Shown in pieces: positions 1 to 8,037 of a DNA stretch of 48,634 bases. The translations under genes and the position numbers were made by a program. Source of the stretch: a virus; the IMG/VR virus record IMGVR_UViG_3300045988_068629, positions 1 through 48,634 of that record. One strand, written 5' to 3'. Under the pieces are notes generated by a model that worked only from the letters and a program-made list of their open reading frames with translations, did not search any database and was not told the DNA's origin. The first letter of the stretch is position 1. The number at the start of each line of letters is the position of its first letter.

Positions 1-55
1 AGCGCAATTTGCTTGATGTGTACAGCTACACATTGACGCTCGCAGATGTGGCGGA
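1..55. repeat. Terminal overlap, identical to 48580-48634 (circular closure or assembly k-mer overlap)
   Basis: Direct reading shows agcgcaatttgcttgatgtgtacagctacacattgacgctcgcagatgtggcgga at both ends. The reading frame is preserved across the junction. Confidence 0.95.
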
Positions 56-2603
56 GAGCAATGTCACAACGCGCGTTATCTCGGAGCTTGTAGACCTTGA
101 CAAGATTGCCACCGTCTATCAGCTTAAAGACCCAACGCGTGCGCGTGCAAATTGGCGCTCAACGCGTGAGGTCTTGGATATGGTATTTGACCCTGACGGG
201 GACTATTACACGGACAAAATCAAGCCCAATTCTGTTGACACCCTGGCGTTGTCAGTGGGTGCGAAGTCAATGCAGTTCGCCTTGCAAGACGTGGTGTTTG
301 AGCCGAACTATAACGGGAGGAAGAATGCCGTGCGCGTGTCCGCCGGCACGCTGACGCACTACGCCATTGAGGAGCAACCGCGCACGTGGAGGGTGGCGCA
401 GACGGTTACACAGCTTGGAGAAGACAGCGCACCTTACTACATCTTTGCTCGATGCCCAAGGGTCGGCAATGCCGCTACGATGGTATTTAGCAAGACACCA
501 GTCAAGGTAGAGCAGGAAGCGGGCGTTTATCACTTTTGGGTGGGTGTTGTCAATTCTGTTGATGCAACACTACAAGCGCGCTCAATGTCGCTCACTTATG
601 GCTTCTCGACAATCAACGGGCGATTTATCAAGACAGGGCGCATTGAGAGCGCCGACGGCTCTACGTACTTTGACCTTGATGATGGCGAGATTGGCGGGCG
701 CATTGTGTTTTCTTCCAACGGCAGACAAAAGACCCTTGCTGAACTTGCTGATGAATCTTCTGAAAGCAAGGACTTCATCAAAAACAAGTTGCCTGACTTG
801 CTTTCCGGCTTGCAGGAGCAAATAGATGGTCAGATAGAGCAGTTTTTCTACGACTACAACCCTGACAATTCCCGCGAGCCAACCAAGACATGGGTGCAAT
901 CAGACATGGCGGCTGGCAATAACAACGAGCGGGAGAAGCACACGGGGGACTTGTTTTATAACACAACGACGGGTAGGGTGTTCAGGTACGTGCGCCTAAG
1001 CGCTGGTGGTCGCTATAATTGGCAGTGGAAAGAGTTGTCAGATAATGAGGTGTCGCAGGCGCTGGCAGTAGCCAATGACGCCATTTCGCTTGCCAGGACG
1101 AAGAGACGGATATTTACCAATACTCCATACACGCCCTATGAGGTTGGCGACCTTTGGGTCGGCGGTGCGAATGGCGACATCATGAGATGCAAGACTTCGC
1201 GCGAAAGCGGGACATTCGTAAGGAGTGATTGGGAGCTTGCCTCAAAATATACCGATGATTCGGCGTTGGTGGACTTCAAGCGTACCTACGCTTTGCAACA
1301 AAGCGAGCTGGAGAAGCAGATTGACGGTAAAATTGAGACGTGGTTTCAGGCAACCGACCCTTCGGCATCGTGGACGACAGACGAGACCCGCGCAAAGCAT
1401 GTCGGGGACATGTGGTACAACGCTTCGGCGCGCGAGTTAAAGCACTACGCCAAGAATGGAGCAAGGTATGAATGGAGGTTGGTGGAGGATTCCAAGGCTC
1501 TTGCAGCCTATGATGCTGCAAGCCGCGCACAAGACACCGCCGACGGCAAGAGACAAGTGTTTGTTTCTACTCCAAAAACACCTTATGACATCGGGGACTT
1601 GTGGATTGACGGAAAGGTGCTTCGCCGTTGTGCCACGGCGCGCGCGTCGGGCGCTTATGTTGCAGGTGATTGGGTGCTTGGTGTTTCGTATGACAATACC
1701 AAGACAACCATTGATGGCGGGCTTGTTACATCGGGGACTATCCAGGTGGCGGGCAGTGCGTCTGCAATCCTTGCGGGTATGACGGGCTATGGCACAACCC
1801 CTGATGCTGTGCGCTTTTGGGCTGGTGCAACCTACGAAAACAGGGCTGACGCCCCATTTGTGGTGCATCAGGATGGCACAACAAAGATGAGCAAGGCTAA
1901 TGTATCAGGTATTATCGACGCCAAGGGTGGAAAGATTGGAGGCTTTGGTATAGCTGATGGGAGAATTGGCGCCGCTAATAGTTACAACCAATCAACGGGG
2001 CTTTCGCTGACAGACCGCAACATTCGCTTCCGCGGGGACACGGTGGGGACAACGGCGTTCGCGTCCATCGGCATCTTGAATTGGCTTGGGTATAGCAACG
2101 CGGGTATGTTTGAGCTATCAAGCAGTGATAATCACATCCTTGGCTCGGCGCTCTACGCTAAGTGTATGTCGGGGGATGGCTCGCTCGACCACTTTTACCC
2201 ACAGCGTGCTTTTGAGTACCTCGGCAACGTGTATGGCATTGGCAAGCATTGTGACTACTTCACAGGGTACATCGGCGAAGCGTATAGCGATACCCTTGTA
2301 CTTCACTTTGATACGACTAATAAGTTCCACTTCACGCGCGTTGGCACTGGTTACCTTGGCATGGATTTGCCGACAAAAACGATGATTGACAAGCATGCTG
2401 GCGGTAAGGATGTCTTCTTCAACCTTGAAATAGTGTGCGATAGGGAGATGTGGAACAAAATCAGAATCAAATCAAGGGCAGGCGCTCAGATGTACAACAA
2501 TGACGGTCTTGCTATTGATGGCATAGACGTGATGCGCGGAGATAGCTTGACTTTGCGATACTACAACGGCGCTTACCACATCGTGTGCAAGCAATTTACG
2601 TAG
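3..2603 (+). CDS. Tail-associated host-specificity / tail fibre protein, C-terminal part; continuation of the ORF starting at 47190
   Basis: The frame is open from nt 3, and nt 1-55 duplicate the window end. The joined ORF is 47190..48579 plus 1..2603, 3993 nt or 1330 aa. It contains two roughly 166-aa tandem repeats and lies just upstream of the lysis genes. Confidence 0.8.
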   Translation, partial: RNLLDVYSYTLTLADVAESNVTTRVISELVDLDKIATVYQLKDPTRARANWRSTREVLDMVFDPDGDYYTDKIKPNSVDTLALSVGAKSMQFALQDVVFEPNYNGRKNAVRVSAGTLTHYAIEEQPRTWRVAQTVTQLGEDSAPYYIFARCPRVGNAATMVFSKTPVKVEQEAGVYHFWVGVVNSVDATLQARSMSLTYGFSTINGRFIKTGRIESADGSTYFDLDDGEIGGRIVFSSNGRQKTLAELADESSESKDFIKNKLPDLLSGLQEQIDGQIEQFFYDYNPDNSREPTKTWVQSDMAAGNNNEREKHTGDLFYNTTTGRVFRYVRLSAGGRYNWQWKELSDNEVSQALAVANDAISLARTKRRIFTNTPYTPYEVGDLWVGGANGDIMRCKTSRESGTFVRSDWELASKYTDDSALVDFKRTYALQQSELEKQIDGKIETWFQATDPSASWTTDETRAKHVGDMWYNASARELKHYAKNGARYEWRLVEDSKALAAYDAASRAQDTADGKRQVFVSTPKTPYDIGDLWIDGKVLRRCATARASGAYVAGDWVLGVSYDNTKTTIDGGLVTSGTIQVAGSASAILAGMTGYGTTPDAVRFWAGATYENRADAPFVVHQDGTTKMSKANVSGIIDAKGGKIGGFGIADGRIGAANSYNQSTGLSLTDRNIRFRGDTVGTTAFASIGILNWLGYSNAGMFELSSSDNHILGSALYAKCMSGDGSLDHFYPQRAFEYLGNVYGIGKHCDYFTGYIGEAYSDTLVLHFDTTNKFHFTRVGTGYLGMDLPTKTMIDKHAGGKDVFFNLEIVCDREMWNKIRIKSRAGAQMYNNDGLAIDGIDVMRGDSLTLRYYNGAYHIVCKQFT
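816..1710 (+). repeat. Two tandem ~166-aa (498-nt period) diverged repeats within the tail fibre protein
   Basis: EQIDGQIEQFF..EREKHTGDLFYN..YNWQWKEL..TKRRIFTNTPYTPYEVGDLWV..DWELASKY aligns with KQIDGKIETWF..TRAKHVGDMWYN..YEWRLVED..GKRQVFVSTPKTPYDIGDLWI..DWVLGVSY. Confidence 0.8.
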
Positions 2604-2624
2604 TTGTAGTTTAGTTGCACACGT

Positions 2625-2657
2625 GTGTTTTATAGTGATATATAGTTAGTAAATTTG
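2625..2657 (+). promoter_or_regulatory. Conserved box GTGTTTTATAGTGATA followed by a TAaaTTTG -7 element
   Basis: The box is at 2625-2640 and TAAATTTG at 2650-2657, 19 nt upstream of the ATG at 2676. The arrangement matches 25143-25173. Confidence 0.5.
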
Positions 2658-2675
2658 TGTAATTAGTAATCGATT

Positions 2676-2951
2676 ATGGCAGAGACACGTTCAGGGGAGC
2701 AGACGTCGCAGCAAATAGGGGTCATGGGAGTAATTGAGGGCTTGCAAAACGGCTCTTTCTCCCTCCCTGACGGCGCTTGTTTCAATATCAAAAATGATGG
2801 GGCTTCAACCATTGAGCTATCTGTACAGCTTGTGGGGATGAAGGATGGTGATTTTATCACCACGCGGTTTGATTCAGGGTGGAATCCTGAAATAGTGAGA
2901 GTGGTGAAGCAGTCGCCACTTGCAGGCATTAACTTAAAGTGGGGGTATTAG
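2676..2951 (+). CDS. Hypothetical protein in the tail-fibre cluster
   Basis: 91-aa ORF directly abutting the next gene (its stop is 1 nt before the ATG at 2953). No motif recognised. Confidence 0.5.
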   Translation: MAETRSGEQTSQQIGVMGVIEGLQNGSFSLPDGACFNIKNDGASTIELSVQLVGMKDGDFITTRFDSGWNPEIVRVVKQSPLAGINLKWGY

Positions 2952-2952
2952 C

Positions 2953-4248
2953 ATGGGAATCGTCATAGGGGTAGGGCAAACTAAGCCCCAAATGCCGTAC
3001 GACCAATTTTACGGCATTGAGTGGGATGTAACCGTCAGTAATCCAAAGGCAAAGCGAATCGGGAAGCTGGAGTTGCACGCGTCATTACCCGTGCAGTCGC
3101 TGATGCGTCGCTGTGTGCTTCGTGACAATGGCGAAGTTGCCTACTACCTTGATGCAAACGACAGCACCAAGAAGGAGGGGGGCGCACCCGCCAAGCTTGA
3201 CGGCACAGATGGGCAGGTCATGGTTGAAATTCCCGCTTTTTACGTGAAGTTTGAGAGCGAGGGCAACAAGCGCAGATGCCTGATGTCACTGCATGCTCTC
3301 CCAGGATTCGCAAAGTGGGAGAAGCTCTACATTTCCGCCTATGAAGCCACCATACAGCGCTCAACAAACAAGCTGTCGTCAGTCGTAAATGCAACCGCTG
3401 ACTACCGCGGCGGCGACAACAACGCAAGCAAGGACGGCAAGTTTAACTCGCTTCTTGGTATTCCGGCGTCAAAATTCACTATTGAGGAGGCGCGAAGATT
3501 TGCACGCAATCGCGGGTCTGTTAACTGGAATTGCTATGTGTACCAGGCGCATGTTGAGTTGTTTTGGCTGTTTTCAGTTGAGTACGCGACATTTAACTCT
3601 CAGGATAGCTTTACAGCAGAGCTTGATGATAGCGGGTGCAGACAAGGAGGTCTTGGCGCTGGTTTGACAGATGTAGATTCTACGCTGTGGAGCAAGTACG
3701 AGTACTTTGCATTTGTGAAATGTGGTGTTACGAATTCCGTCGGCAATCAGTCAGCCGCTGTTGATGCTCGTATGGATGCCCCTGTCGGCTACCCTGGTGG
3801 GGCTGTTGTGGTAAAAGTGCCATCGTACAGAGGTGTTGAAAATCCCTTTGGTCACATCGCCAAGCTTCTTGACGGCGTCAAACTTGTTGTTGGTTCATCG
3901 GGAGAGATTCGCTCGTATGTGTATGTCTCCCCATCTGATTATGGCAGTCGCGGCGTTGAATTGTGTAGACCAGCCGGTGTGTATGTTAAAGAGGGAGGAT
4001 ATTTAAGGGACATTTCGCTTGGAAATAGCGGAGACATTACACCTATTGGAGTTGGCGCTGGGTCGTCGACATTCTTTTGCGACAAAGTTTTGTCCACTAA
4101 CGCGACGGGTGCGGAGTATGAAGCCTTTCTTGTTTTAGGGGGGTACTCGAACTCACGTGCGGACGCGGGAATGCTTTGCATTGAGTTGGTGTATGCTTGG
4201 AATCAAAAGCGTAATTATTCCGGCACGCGCCTTTGCTACCTACCATAA
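2953..4248 (+). CDS. Putative receptor-binding / tail fibre protein with FGE-sulfatase or C-type-lectin-like features
   Basis: 431 aa. The motifs PAFYVKF, YISAYEA, SYRGVENPFGHI and a C-terminal GGYSNSRADAGM..SGTRLCY resemble the RGxENxxGN..GGSW..GFR pattern of the FGE-like fold found in phage fibre proteins. Assignment is by eye only. Confidence 0.4.
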   Translation: MGIVIGVGQTKPQMPYDQFYGIEWDVTVSNPKAKRIGKLELHASLPVQSLMRRCVLRDNGEVAYYLDANDSTKKEGGAPAKLDGTDGQVMVEIPAFYVKFESEGNKRRCLMSLHALPGFAKWEKLYISAYEATIQRSTNKLSSVVNATADYRGGDNNASKDGKFNSLLGIPASKFTIEEARRFARNRGSVNWNCYVYQAHVELFWLFSVEYATFNSQDSFTAELDDSGCRQGGLGAGLTDVDSTLWSKYEYFAFVKCGVTNSVGNQSAAVDARMDAPVGYPGGAVVVKVPSYRGVENPFGHIAKLLDGVKLVVGSSGEIRSYVYVSPSDYGSRGVELCRPAGVYVKEGGYLRDISLGNSGDITPIGVGAGSSTFFCDKVLSTNATGAEYEAFLVLGGYSNSRADAGMLCIELVYAWNQKRNYSGTRLCYLP

Positions 4249-4267
4249 CCAAAAAACAGATATAGAT

Positions 4268-4912
4268 ATGAGATTGACTGAATTAGCGCCAAACGCGTTT
4301 TATGACGCGGTGGCTGGAGAGCCAGCGCGCTTGCAGAGAGATAACGATGGGTCACACCTATTTCGCTATAACGTCCAGCCGCGAATGGTGGCAAGCGAGG
4401 ATGGCGGAGAGGAGAAGCAAGACGGCTGGCAGTGTCGTGAGCTTCGTCTATTTGTTGAGCCAACGTGCGACAACATCAAGCATGCCATCATCAACAGCGT
4501 GTACAACGCAGATGCCCGCCTTGACCTGGTGAGCCGCTACAACGCCTATGTGTCAGCGATAAGCGATGATGATACCATCGCCGAGGAGTACAAGGGCTTC
4601 ATGCAATTCATGGGTGATGTCGATGAGCTGCTTGATTGTGACGGGAAGAAGCATACCAAGAACAAGGGTGTGCCACGCTTCGTAACGGCACGACAATTCC
4701 GCTTAGCTCTTATCGCCGGTGGTGTGAAGCTCGCTGATGTCACAAAGGCAATCAACGCGCTTCCTGATGCCTACAAGGAGCAGGCTCTTGTGTCGTGGGA
4801 GTACGCGCCAACCTTTGAGCGCAACAATCCATTCATCGCACAGTTGGCAAGCAAGTTCGGCTTCACTGATGAGAGCCTTGACCAGCTGTTTATCCAAGCT
4901 GATAAGCTGTGA
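4268..4912 (+). CDS. Hypothetical protein (tail fibre accessory?)
   Basis: The in-frame ATG at 4268 (MRLTELAPNAF..) avoids overlapping the preceding gene; the track start at 4157 does overlap it. Confidence 0.5.
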   Translation: MRLTELAPNAFYDAVAGEPARLQRDNDGSHLFRYNVQPRMVASEDGGEEKQDGWQCRELRLFVEPTCDNIKHAIINSVYNADARLDLVSRYNAYVSAISDDDTIAEEYKGFMQFMGDVDELLDCDGKKHTKNKGVPRFVTARQFRLALIAGGVKLADVTKAINALPDAYKEQALVSWEYAPTFERNNPFIAQLASKFGFTDESLDQLFIQADKL

Positions 4913-5262
4913 GGACGTTTGTCTTGGGCTTAGTCCTCTTCCTGGTGTCGGTGGCACTGCTTGTGCCACTGACACTTATAAACTTCGCCGTTGTGGCATC
5001 AAGGGGAAAGGCAAAGGGCTATTTCATGAGTACCGCCGTTAATCTTGACCGCTTCGGCAATTATGAGTTCCGCACGCTGTTCAACTCTACCCTTATACAC
5101 CGCGAAAGCGCGCACCGCTTTGGGGCTTTTGAAGAGACAATAAGCAGTGTACTTGGTAAGAATCAGCGTGCGGGCACTCTTTCACTTTGTGGTAAAATGC
5201 TCGCTGGTCTACTTGATAAGATAGACGAGGGGCATTGCATCAAATCAATTATAGATACATAG
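4909..5262 (+). CDS. Small membrane protein preceding the holin
   Basis: GTG start overlapping the upstream stop. N-terminal hydrophobic segment FVLGLVLFLVSVALLVPLTLINFAVV. Confidence 0.45.
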   Translation: MRTFVLGLVLFLVSVALLVPLTLINFAVVASRGKAKGYFMSTAVNLDRFGNYEFRTLFNSTLIHRESAHRFGAFEETISSVLGKNQRAGTLSLCGKMLAGLLDKIDEGHCIKSIIDT

Positions 5263-5263
5263 T

Positions 5264-5758
5264 ATGTGGGGATTAATAAAAGAGCTTCTGACCAACTTTG
5301 GGCGATACCTTCTTAGCCTGATGGGCATTGTGCTGGCTTTCCTTGAGCCAACAGCGCCTTTCGTCTTTATATGCACGCTGGCGGTCTTGTTTGACTGCTA
5401 CACGGCGTGGGCGCTTTCGCGCCGTGTCAAGAAGAAGTACCCAGGTGCAAATGATGGTAAGTTTAAGTCCAACTATGCCGGCAGGGTGTTTGGAACACTT
5501 ATCAAGGTGTACGCGCTGACCATCCTTGCCTACTTAGTGCAGATTCACGTCCTGGAAGGCTTGCCAATCAAGCTGCCCAACATTGTAGCCGCCGCAGTCT
5601 GCTTTTGGCAAGTGTGGTCGATGTTGGAAAATGAAAGCTCTTGCAATGATGCTAAATGGGCAAAGATTGCACAGCGCATCTTGGTAGACAAGACTGAAAG
5701 GCACTTTGAAATAGACCTTAGCGAACTAAAAGACAAGAAAGACAATGGCGAAAGTTGA
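5264..5758 (+). CDS. Holin (multi-TM phage holin family)
   Basis: 164 aa with 3-4 hydrophobic helices ([46 protein letters not shown]). It lies immediately upstream of the endolysin and overlaps it. Confidence 0.6.
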   Translation: MWGLIKELLTNFGRYLLSLMGIVLAFLEPTAPFVFICTLAVLFDCYTAWALSRRVKKKYPGANDGKFKSNYAGRVFGTLIKVYALTILAYLVQIHVLEGLPIKLPNIVAAAVCFWQVWSMLENESSCNDAKWAKIAQRILVDKTERHFEIDLSELKDKKDNGES

Positions 5759-6323
5759 GCTGTTAGCTCCCTACATCAGAAAGTGGGAAGGGGGATTTGT
5801 GAATGACCCCGCGGATAGTGGAGGTGCAACCAACATGGGTGTCACGATGGGCACGTTTGAAGTCTATTGCCAAAAAAAGGGCTACCCGCGCCCAACGGTG
5901 GAGCGCCTGAAAAAGCTGACCACCGCGGAGTGGACGGATATCCTGAAGACCATGTATTGGGACAGATGGCAAGCCGATAGAATTAAGTCGCAGAAGGTTG
6001 CCAATATCCTTGTAGATTGGGTGTGGGGGTCAGGTGTCCATGGCATCAAGATTCCGCAACGCATCCTTGGTGTGGCTGTGGATGGCATTGTCGGTGAGAA
6101 GACGTTGCAGGCGCTCAATGCACAAGACCCCGACAAGCTCTTTCAGGCGATATACGAAGCCCGCCGAAAGTTCCTGCTTGACATCACGGAAGCGAGCATC
6201 AAGCGCTATGAAGCGAAGATTGGGCGAAAAGCCACCGAAGCAGAGCTATTGCGCCACACGAACAAGCGCTTTCTTCGTGGGTGGAACAACCGCCTTGAAG
6301 ATATAAAGGTCATATCACGATGA
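5745..6323 (+). CDS. Endolysin, GH108 N-acetylmuramidase domain plus PG_binding_3 domain
   Basis: [25 protein letters not shown] matches the GH108 EGGxxxxxxDxGGxTxxGI signature. The C-terminal [17 protein letters not shown] matches a peptidoglycan-binding motif. Confidence 0.85.
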   Translation: MAKVELLAPYIRKWEGGFVNDPADSGGATNMGVTMGTFEVYCQKKGYPRPTVERLKKLTTAEWTDILKTMYWDRWQADRIKSQKVANILVDWVWGSGVHGIKIPQRILGVAVDGIVGEKTLQALNAQDPDKLFQAIYEARRKFLLDITEASIKRYEAKIGRKATEAELLRHTNKRFLRGWNNRLEDIKVISR

Positions 6324-6868
6324 AGCGCGCGGTCATTATGCTTGCGGTCGCCCTGGTGGCGTCATGCTCGCTCAAAAAGAAGAGCGTTGATACATCTGTT
6401 GTCAAGGTGGATTCAACGGCTGTGACCACCTCCAGCAGAGCCAAGGTTGAACGCTTGGTTGATACGACCACCACGACAACGGGGCGTATCGTCGTCACGG
6501 AGGTGGAGTTTGCAACAGATAGCAATGCCGGCACGATTGGAAGTGTTGTCTTTGGTGCGAGTGGCATTGAGGTGGCGGGCATCACGGGTCGCCCCGTTCG
6601 CTCAATCAAACAGCAGGTGATTGAGAGCGTCCATGAGCGCAAGGGAGAGAGCCAAGAGAGTGAGGAGGGCGAGGAGAGCAAGCAATCAGCATCTGTGCGG
6701 AGCGAAGTGTCGCGCGTGTCCAAGGTGCTTGCGCCAGCCCCCGACCCTTACAGATGGCGCTACATCTTCTACTTGGCGTTGATTGGCTGTGGCGTTGTAC
6801 TTTATGCTAAGCGTACGCCCTTCATAGGGTGGTTGCGTAGGATTCTTGCGGGTCTTATTAAGCGGTAG
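6320..6868 (+). CDS. Unimolecular-spanin-like protein with an N-terminal lipoprotein signal and a C-terminal TM anchor
   Basis: [16 protein letters not shown] carries a lipobox-like VASC. The C-terminal TM is [18 protein letters not shown]. The gene overlaps the endolysin stop and is the last gene of the lysis cassette. Confidence 0.5.
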   Translation: MKRAVIMLAVALVASCSLKKKSVDTSVVKVDSTAVTTSSRAKVERLVDTTTTTTGRIVVTEVEFATDSNAGTIGSVVFGASGIEVAGITGRPVRSIKQQVIESVHERKGESQESEEGEESKQSASVRSEVSRVSKVLAPAPDPYRWRYIFYLALIGCGVVLYAKRTPFIGWLRRILAGLIKR

Positions 6869-6896
6869 CGCCAAGGCGCAACCATAATGAAACAAG

Positions 6897-6932
6897 AAAG
6901 CCCCACACCATAAGGTGCGGGGCTTTTCTTTT
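6897..6932. terminator. Bidirectional rho-independent terminator between convergent genes
   Basis: 13-bp stem aaagccccacacc / ggtgcggggcttt with one mismatch and loop ataa. It is flanked by an A-run on one side and a T-run on the other. Confidence 0.75.
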
Positions 6933-6944
6933 GTCTTGGCTGGA

Positions 6945-7430
6945 TTACAGCTTGATGTCCTCGGAGCTTACATTTAGCATTTGTGCGAGTGCCTCGCGGT
7001 TAAGCGTCTTGCCCTTTGCGTCTCCATACCCCTCGACGAATAGGACTATTGAGCCGTCGTTTACGTAGTAGTCGGCGGAGTACTCAATGAAAGTACCATC
7101 CTTGTAGTTTTCGCAGATATAGGCGGAGAGCTGACCGATTTCTGCATCCATACCGTATCTCTTTGAGCCGAGTTCAAGAAGCATAGCTTGGACAAGGTCA
7201 ATGAGATATTCGTGAGCATCTTCCCAGCTCTTTACGCCCTCTACGTAGTGACCGCTGATGTCTTCAAGGTACTCGCCGTAGGACTTGCCGTTGTTGATTT
7301 CAAGGCGAGCGCTTGCGATGTTGTAGTTGCCACCCTCGCCGTCACACCAATTGATGTCATACGCGATGTCATGGTCTGCTGGCGTTACGCCGTTTACTGC
7401 ATTGAAGTAGTAGGTCTTCTTCGTTTCCAT
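6945..7430 (-). CDS. Highly acidic hypothetical protein (moron-like accessory gene)
   Basis: 161 aa with about 29 D/E against about 12 K/R by hand count. It is a single minus-strand gene with its own promoter box and terminator, between the lysis and lysogeny modules. Confidence 0.55.
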   Translation of the reverse strand: METKKTYYFNAVNGVTPADHDIAYDINWCDGEGGNYNIASARLEINNGKSYGEYLEDISGHYVEGVKSWEDAHEYLIDLVQAMLLELGSKRYGMDAEIGQLSAYICENYKDGTFIEYSADYYVNDGSIVLFVEGYGDAKGKTLNREALAQMLNVSSEDIKL

Positions 7431-7505
7431 TGTCTTGTAGTATTTAGTTGTTACTGATAGTTTGTTTCTTTTGCTTCGGGGCTTTGTTGTTCCCCTTTCA
7501 CACTA

Positions 7506-7513
7506 CAAAGGTA
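7506..7513 (-). promoter_or_regulatory. Bacteroidota-type -7 box TAccTTTG (minus strand) for the acidic protein gene
   Basis: The plus strand reads caaaggta, whose reverse complement is tacctttg. It lies about 76 nt upstream of the ATG at 7430. Confidence 0.5.
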
Positions 7514-7520
7514 AGACATT

Positions 7521-7552
7521 ATTTTTACCCCACCAAATTTTAGGGTAAAAAT
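7521..7552. promoter_or_regulatory. Perfect 10-bp inverted repeat (ATTTTTACCC-N12-GGGTAAAAAT), candidate operator
   Basis: Read directly. It sits just upstream of the leftward -7 box in the divergent intergenic region. Confidence 0.45.
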
Positions 7553-7626
7553 TTTTGTTGTGGCGTTTCTTTATTGTTTGTTGGATGCCCTTTGATGTGG
7601 TGTTTTGCGGTGTCGGCTATTGTTTT

Positions 7627-7634
7627 TACCTTTG
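7627..7634 (+). promoter_or_regulatory. Bacteroidota-type -7 box TAccTTTG for the HTH gene at 7663
   Basis: tacctttg lies 29 nt upstream of the ATG, in an AT-rich context. Confidence 0.5.
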
Positions 7635-7662
7635 CGCTATAATAAGGTAAATATATATAGCT

Positions 7663-7992
7663 ATGAATGTGAAAGAGAGGCTTGACGCCATCAAGAGGCG
7701 CAAGGGCATTGAGAGTGATGCAGAGCTGGCGCGCTTGCTTGGAGTGTCAAAGCAGCGATTGTACGGGTGGAAGAGCCGCGACATAATCGACACCCCTACC
7801 ATTATGGCGGTCTTCCCTGAACTTCGCCCTGAGTGGGTAGAGCGCGGGGAGGGGGACATGTGTGACCAGCATGCAGAGCTATTGCGAAGGGTGGAGCAGT
7901 TGCAGGAGCTTGTTGAGGAGAAGGACGACATCATAAGCAAGCAAGCCGACCACATCAAGCGCCTCACAAAGGCACTGATGGGAGGATGGTAG
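7663..7992 (+). CDS. CI-repressor-type HTH DNA-binding protein with a coiled-coil C-terminus
   Basis: ESDAELARLLGVSKQRLYGWKSR...PEWVERGEGDM resembles the phage CI-repressor N-terminal HTH pattern (..W..R...WLL.GEG.M). Confidence 0.6.
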   Translation: MNVKERLDAIKRRKGIESDAELARLLGVSKQRLYGWKSRDIIDTPTIMAVFPELRPEWVERGEGDMCDQHAELLRRVEQLQELVEEKDDIISKQADHIKRLTKALMGGW

Positions 7993-8004
7993 TAGATGAA
8001 TGAA

Positions 8005-8037
8005 AAAGCCCCAAAATCGCATGAATTTTGGGGCTTT
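8005..8037. terminator. Rho-independent terminator hairpin
   Basis: Perfect 13-bp stem aaagccccaaaat / attttggggcttt with loop cgcatga, 13 nt after the stop at 7992. Confidence 0.75.

Noticed and set aside
97-2396. Many 60-145-aa ORFs in alternative frames inside the tail fibre gene. The same applies to similar ORFs inside the tape measure, portal, ATPase and other long genes.
   Set aside because: All are nested in or antisense to long, motif-supported genes. They have Arg/Ser/Cys-rich compositions typical of off-frame translation.
3900-4248. Possible diversity-generating retroelement target (C-type-lectin-like C-terminus)
   Set aside because: The complete genome has no reverse transcriptase gene, and I could not find a template-repeat copy of this segment.
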